64,000 nucleotides of DNA, taken from positions 116,440-180,439 of the forward strand of contig MKTC01000010.1 in NCBI GenBank assembly GCA_001897535.1. Direction: 5' to 3'. Positions 60,130 to 64,000 of the stretch are shown here, one piece after another (position 1 is the stretch's first letter; each line of letters begins with the position of its first letter). The notes under the pieces were generated by a model. That model saw only the letters and a program-made list of their open reading frames with translations, did no database searches and was not told where the DNA came from. The DNA comes from Bacteroidetes bacterium 37-13. Lineage in GTDB: Bacteria; Bacteroidota; Bacteroidia; Chitinophagales; LD1. Made by a program: the position numbers and the translations under genes.

Positions 60130-60906
60130 ATGAGCCAAAAACCGCTGATTTTAGTAACTAACGATGATGGCATTACCGCACCTGGCATTCAAGCTTTAGT
60201 AGAAGCCGTTTCTACTTTAGGCGAAGTAGTGGTGGTGGCACCGGATTCGCCACAATCGGGTATGGGGCATGCCATTACTATAAACAAACCATTGCGTTTG
60301 GTAGAAACCAAAAACTTTGGAAGTATAAAATCTTATGCTTGCTCAGGCACTCCGGTAGATTGTGTAAAATTAGCCACCAATAAAATATTAAACCGCAAGC
60401 CGGATTTATGTGTAAGCGGTATCAACCACGGTTCAAATTCTTCAATCAATATTATTTATAGCGGCACCATGAGTGCAGCCGTTGAAGCCAGCTTAGAAAA
60501 CATTCCTTCTGTTGGGTTTTCGCTCTCCGATTTTGCCATTGAAGCAGATTTTTCTGCTGCAAAACACTATGCACACTTTATTGCCAAACAAGTTTTAGAG
60601 CATGGCATTCCAAATTCTTCGCTGCTAAATGTAAACATTCCAAAACTTCCATTAGAGCTTATTAAAGGCATAAAAATTTGCCGCCAAGCCGAAGCAAAAT
60701 GGGTTGAAGAATATTTAGAGCGCAAAGACCCTGCGGGCAGAAATTATTATTGGCTTACCGGTAAATTTGTAAACTACGATAAAGGTGAAGACAACGATGA
60801 ATGGGCTTTAGCAAATAATTATGTGAGTGTTGTTCCCGTTCAGCACGATTTAACTATGCACAAAGCAATACCTTTTATTGCCAAGCATTGGAAGTTAAAC
60901 GACTAA
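60130..60906 (+). CDS. surE: 5'/3'-nucleotidase SurE
   Basis: TNDDGITAPG, QSGMGHAIT, GTPVDCV, SGINHG, YSGT, LNVNIP. Confidence 0.97.
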   Translation: MSQKPLILVTNDDGITAPGIQALVEAVSTLGEVVVVAPDSPQSGMGHAITINKPLRLVETKNFGSIKSYACSGTPVDCVKLATNKILNRKPDLCVSGINHGSNSSINIIYSGTMSAAVEASLENIPSVGFSLSDFAIEADFSAAKHYAHFIAKQVLEHGIPNSSLLNVNIPKLPLELIKGIKICRQAEAKWVEEYLERKDPAGRNYYWLTGKFVNYDKGEDNDEWALANNYVSVVPVQHDLTMHKAIPFIAKHWKLND

Positions 60907-60938
60907 GGTTTTAAAACTTCACTTACCAAATTAGTGCT

Positions 60939-62666
60939 TTATTTTGCATAGCGCTTTTTACGCCAATAGCCAAAAGCTAAGCCACCCAAAATAGTTAATA
61001 CTATTGGCAGCACTACGTTTATCAACTGTATTTCAGTTTTACTTTCGCTCACTTTTGTTGCATCTAACAAACGCAGTTTCACTTCTTTATTTCGAGTTTC
61101 CAATAATCCTGCATTATCGGTTAAATATTCAATGCAGTTTAAAATAAAATCTTTGTTGGCTAAGGTTTGCCGCGTGTATGGCTGATAGCCTAAAGGATAA
61201 GCACTTTCATCGTTGCGTTTTTCGTTGCGAATAATATCGCCATCGGCAATCACAATTTGCTTGGCTGCTTTGCCTTCTGCCACAAATTTCAAATCCTCCA
61301 ACGAATCGTTCACGGCTAAAAACTCCGGTGCTAAACGGTTTTTAAACACCGATTGAAAATTGCCTTCCAACAAAACAGCAATAGGTAAATTCTTTTGGGT
61401 GAAATAGCGCGGATCGGGGCGCTCTCCTACCAATGAAAAATTCACACGCGTTGGTGTGCGCAATGCTTTAGAATTATCGGTAGTATTCAGCAAAATTGTC
61501 TTGTGTACTCCGGGGCTTTTTACCGTATCAATAGAACTTGCAAACTGTGCAGCAACCGGATCTAAATTTCTGTTTATTGCATGGTTATTTTGGCTTATTA
61601 AATAGGGTGAATAAAACCAAGGGAAAAGCTGTGTTTGCGGGCTATTTCCTAAGTTTCCGATTACCAAAGGAATTGCACCGCTCAAGTTTATATCTTGTAC
61701 CAAATCATCGTTTATCCGCACGCCATATTTAAAAAGTTGGTCGTCTAAATTCAGCTCTCTATCTACCACAAATTGCCCTGTAAGGCTTTCTTTTAAAGAG
61801 TCCATATCGGCAGTAGTCTTATCCACCAACCAAAGCACGTTTCCGCCACGCATAATGTATTGGTCAATTTTATACTTCTGTTTTTCATCAAAAGCCATTC
61901 TCGGCTTAGCAATCACAATGGCATCAAAGCGCGAAGGAATACCAAAAGTACTGTCAATATTTATTTCCTGCACTTGGTAGCGCTGTGCAATTAAAGTATT
62001 TAAAATATCAGCCATATCGAAGCGGCTTAGCTCTCCATTGCCTTGCAGAAAAGCTACGCGCGGCTGTCTGTATTGCGATAGTTTTTTTATGGCATTTGCA
62101 AACTTATATTCCAACTGCACAATTGAATTATTCAAAATTTCTTGTGGTGAAAAGCCTGCTTGGTTTTCGAGCAACTGCACCGGAAAAGATTGCCCTGCGT
62201 AATGCACAATAGCTCCGGGAACTATTATACGCTGTGTGCTGGCATCTTTACCTTGTGTGGTTAAGTTTGTTCCGGTAAGTCCTTGCTTGCGCAATTCATC
62301 TAAAATATCTTTCTTCTCTGCTTCAGATTTTCCCTCTAATGGATCTTGAAATTGAAACTGAATATCTGCACGATTGATGGCACGCATTTCGTTCAAAATA
62401 TCTTTTGTTGCGTCTTTTAAGCGTACAAAACCGGCAGGCAATTCGCCATCTAAATATACTTTTATTACCACTTCGTCTTTTAATCCATTCACAAGTGTTT
62501 TGGTTGAAGTAGAAAGCGAATATCTTTTTTCGGCAGTAAGATCAAAACGCAAGTAGAAAAAGGCTGCTACCACATTCAGCAGCAACAAAACCGCCAACGA
62601 AAGCACCAATGAGGTAATTGCTTCTTGCTTACTGAATTTTTTATTTTTTGTTTTTGAATTTTCCAT
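60939..62666 (-). CDS. gldG: Gliding motility ABC-system auxiliary protein GldG
   Basis: RFDLTAEKRYSLS, IDQYIMRGG, LFKYGVRIN, ADGDIIRN, NKDFILNCIEYL, RNKEVKLRLLD. Confidence 0.93.
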   Translation of the reverse strand: MENSKTKNKKFSKQEAITSLVLSLAVLLLLNVVAAFFYLRFDLTAEKRYSLSTSTKTLVNGLKDEVVIKVYLDGELPAGFVRLKDATKDILNEMRAINRADIQFQFQDPLEGKSEAEKKDILDELRKQGLTGTNLTTQGKDASTQRIIVPGAIVHYAGQSFPVQLLENQAGFSPQEILNNSIVQLEYKFANAIKKLSQYRQPRVAFLQGNGELSRFDMADILNTLIAQRYQVQEINIDSTFGIPSRFDAIVIAKPRMAFDEKQKYKIDQYIMRGGNVLWLVDKTTADMDSLKESLTGQFVVDRELNLDDQLFKYGVRINDDLVQDINLSGAIPLVIGNLGNSPQTQLFPWFYSPYLISQNNHAINRNLDPVAAQFASSIDTVKSPGVHKTILLNTTDNSKALRTPTRVNFSLVGERPDPRYFTQKNLPIAVLLEGNFQSVFKNRLAPEFLAVNDSLEDLKFVAEGKAAKQIVIADGDIIRNEKRNDESAYPLGYQPYTRQTLANKDFILNCIEYLTDNAGLLETRNKEVKLRLLDATKVSESKTEIQLINVVLPIVLTILGGLAFGYWRKKRYAK

Positions 62667-62741
62667 TCCTATTTAAATGAAATACTTTTTTTATTGAATC
62701 CGGTTTTGCATAATTTCCCAATAGAAATTACACAACTTCAT

Positions 62742-63473
62742 TTACCATTTACGTGCGCTTAAAGCTGTTTTGGTGAACAACAAAAAACCTGCAATTACGC
62801 TAAAGAAATAAACCAAATCGCGTGTATCAATCACACCTTTGCTCATACTTGCATAATGTGCATCAATACCTAATTGCTCCACTATAAAATCATTTTTTCC
62901 AAAGAAAATTCCTAACTTAGAAAGATAGCCAAATGCTTGATAAAGCACAAAGCACAAAAACACTCCAAACAAGAATGCCACAATTTGATTGGGGGTAACT
63001 GATGAAGCAAAAATGCCGATGGCTGCAAACACGCAACCCAACAAAAAAAGTCCGATGTAAGAACCTGCGATTCCGCCTGTATCAACATTTCCAACGGGAA
63101 GTGCCACACGATAAACTGTAATAAAATAAATGAGCGTTGGCAATAGTGCAATGGCAATTAAAGTGATGGCTGCCAAATATTTTCCGCCTACAATTTGCAA
63201 TTCCGAAACAGGGCGCGTAACCAATAATTCAAAAGTGCCGGTGCTGAGTTCTTCTGAAAAACTACGCATGGTAATAGCAGGAATTAGCAGCATAAAAATG
63301 TATGGCGAAAGTGCAAAAAGCCCGTCAATATTAGCATAGCCAAAATCTAAAATATTGGTATCAGGAAATATCCAAAGAAATAAACCAAGCATGAGTAAAA
63401 ATACCAACAGTGCTAAAAAGCCAACTAAAGAGCTAAAAAACTGCCGAACTTCTTTAATATAAATTGCCCACAT
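62742..63473 (-). CDS. gldF: Gliding motility ABC transporter permease GldF
   Basis: KEVRQFFSS, FMLLIPAITMRSFSEE..GTFELL, GSYIGL, NQIVAF, GVIDTRD. ATG 63473. Confidence 0.94.
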   Translation of the reverse strand: MWAIYIKEVRQFFSSLVGFLALLVFLLMLGLFLWIFPDTNILDFGYANIDGLFALSPYIFMLLIPAITMRSFSEELSTGTFELLVTRPVSELQIVGGKYLAAITLIAIALLPTLIYFITVYRVALPVGNVDTGGIAGSYIGLFLLGCVFAAIGIFASSVTPNQIVAFLFGVFLCFVLYQAFGYLSKLGIFFGKNDFIVEQLGIDAHYASMSKGVIDTRDLVYFFSVIAGFLLFTKTALSARKW

Positions 63474-63546
63474 AGCCCGCAAAAATAGTTTTACTTTGGG
63501 TATTGTTTTCAAATAAATTTAAAGAACAGCTTTTTATTATTGCAGC

Positions 63547-64000
63547 ATGGTTTCAAAAAAAATAGTAGGCATTACCGACTGCGGAAAATTTGACAATTAC
63601 AGCAACTGGATTTCCGAATTTTCTAACGAAATTGAAATTGTGAAACTAAGCTACAGGCTAAACAATTTTAATGAAATTGAAAGGTGTACACACATTCTAC
63701 TCACGGGTGGCGAAGATGTGCACCCAAAGTTTTACAACCAGCCCGAAATGCTCAAATATTGCCTGCCAACCGATATGGACGAAGCCAGAGATTTATTTGA
63801 AATTAAAGTATTGGAATACACACAGGCACACAACTTACCGCTGCTTGGAATTTGCCGTGGTTTGCAACTTGCCAATGTGTTTTTTGGCGGCACACTCATA
63901 CCGGATTTGCCTTCGTTTGGCAAGCTCAACCATTCTAAATTTATGGAAGGGAAAGACCGCTACCACCAAGTGAATGTAGATGCTAATTCATTTTTATATA
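63547..64000 (+). CDS. Gamma-glutamyl-gamma-aminobutyrate hydrolase / peptidase C26 family protein (runs off the window; absent from the ORF track)
   Basis: Manual translation MVSKKIVGITDC...LLTGGEDVHP...RDLFE...PLLGICRGLQLANVFFGGTL. Confidence 0.88.
   Translation, partial: MVSKKIVGITDCGKFDNYSNWISEFSNEIEIVKLSYRLNNFNEIERCTHILLTGGEDVHPKFYNQPEMLKYCLPTDMDEARDLFEIKVLEYTQAHNLPLLGICRGLQLANVFFGGTLIPDLPSFGKLNHSKFMEGKDRYHQVNVDANSFLY

Overview
AT-rich Bacteroidota chromosomal segment. It is probably Chitinophagales-like, which I infer from gldF/gldG, T9SS-sorted proteins, the DUF6089-uppS-bamA cluster and TAnnTT(T/C)G promoters. Most of it is housekeeping: mutL, rdgB, prmA, cobB, uppS, bamA, rplKAJ, folE, rplS, rpoZ, bamD, parE, glpK, metF, a beta-oxidation pair, sufBCDS, metK, ahcY, lepA, surE and gldFG. 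RNA genes are tRNA-Gln(UUG) and a 6S-like RNA that the ORF track cannot show. There is no CRISPR array, prophage, integrase or intact transposase. Most notable observations: (1) a 488-aa orphan helical protein divergent from a 70-aa hydrophobic-leader peptide that has a textbook ECF-type promoter, a layout like a receptor/pheromone pair; (2) a four-helix-bundle (23S IVP family) gene inside the fadN-thiolase operon, bracketed by inverted 7-nt repeat arrays; (3) an isolated rplK-rplA-rplJ unit lying between a left and a right end of the same IS982-like element that occurs as a 155-bp MITE elsewhere in the window; (4) an orphan flavin-dependent halogenase coupled to a DUF1702 gene; (5) a missed 43-aa Cys lipoprotein heading a ytxJ-bamD-rpoZ-coaC operon; (6) a decaying accessory patch between metK and ahcY with a poly-G frameshift and nonsense mutations. 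All family assignments are from motif recognition by eye; no database search was run.
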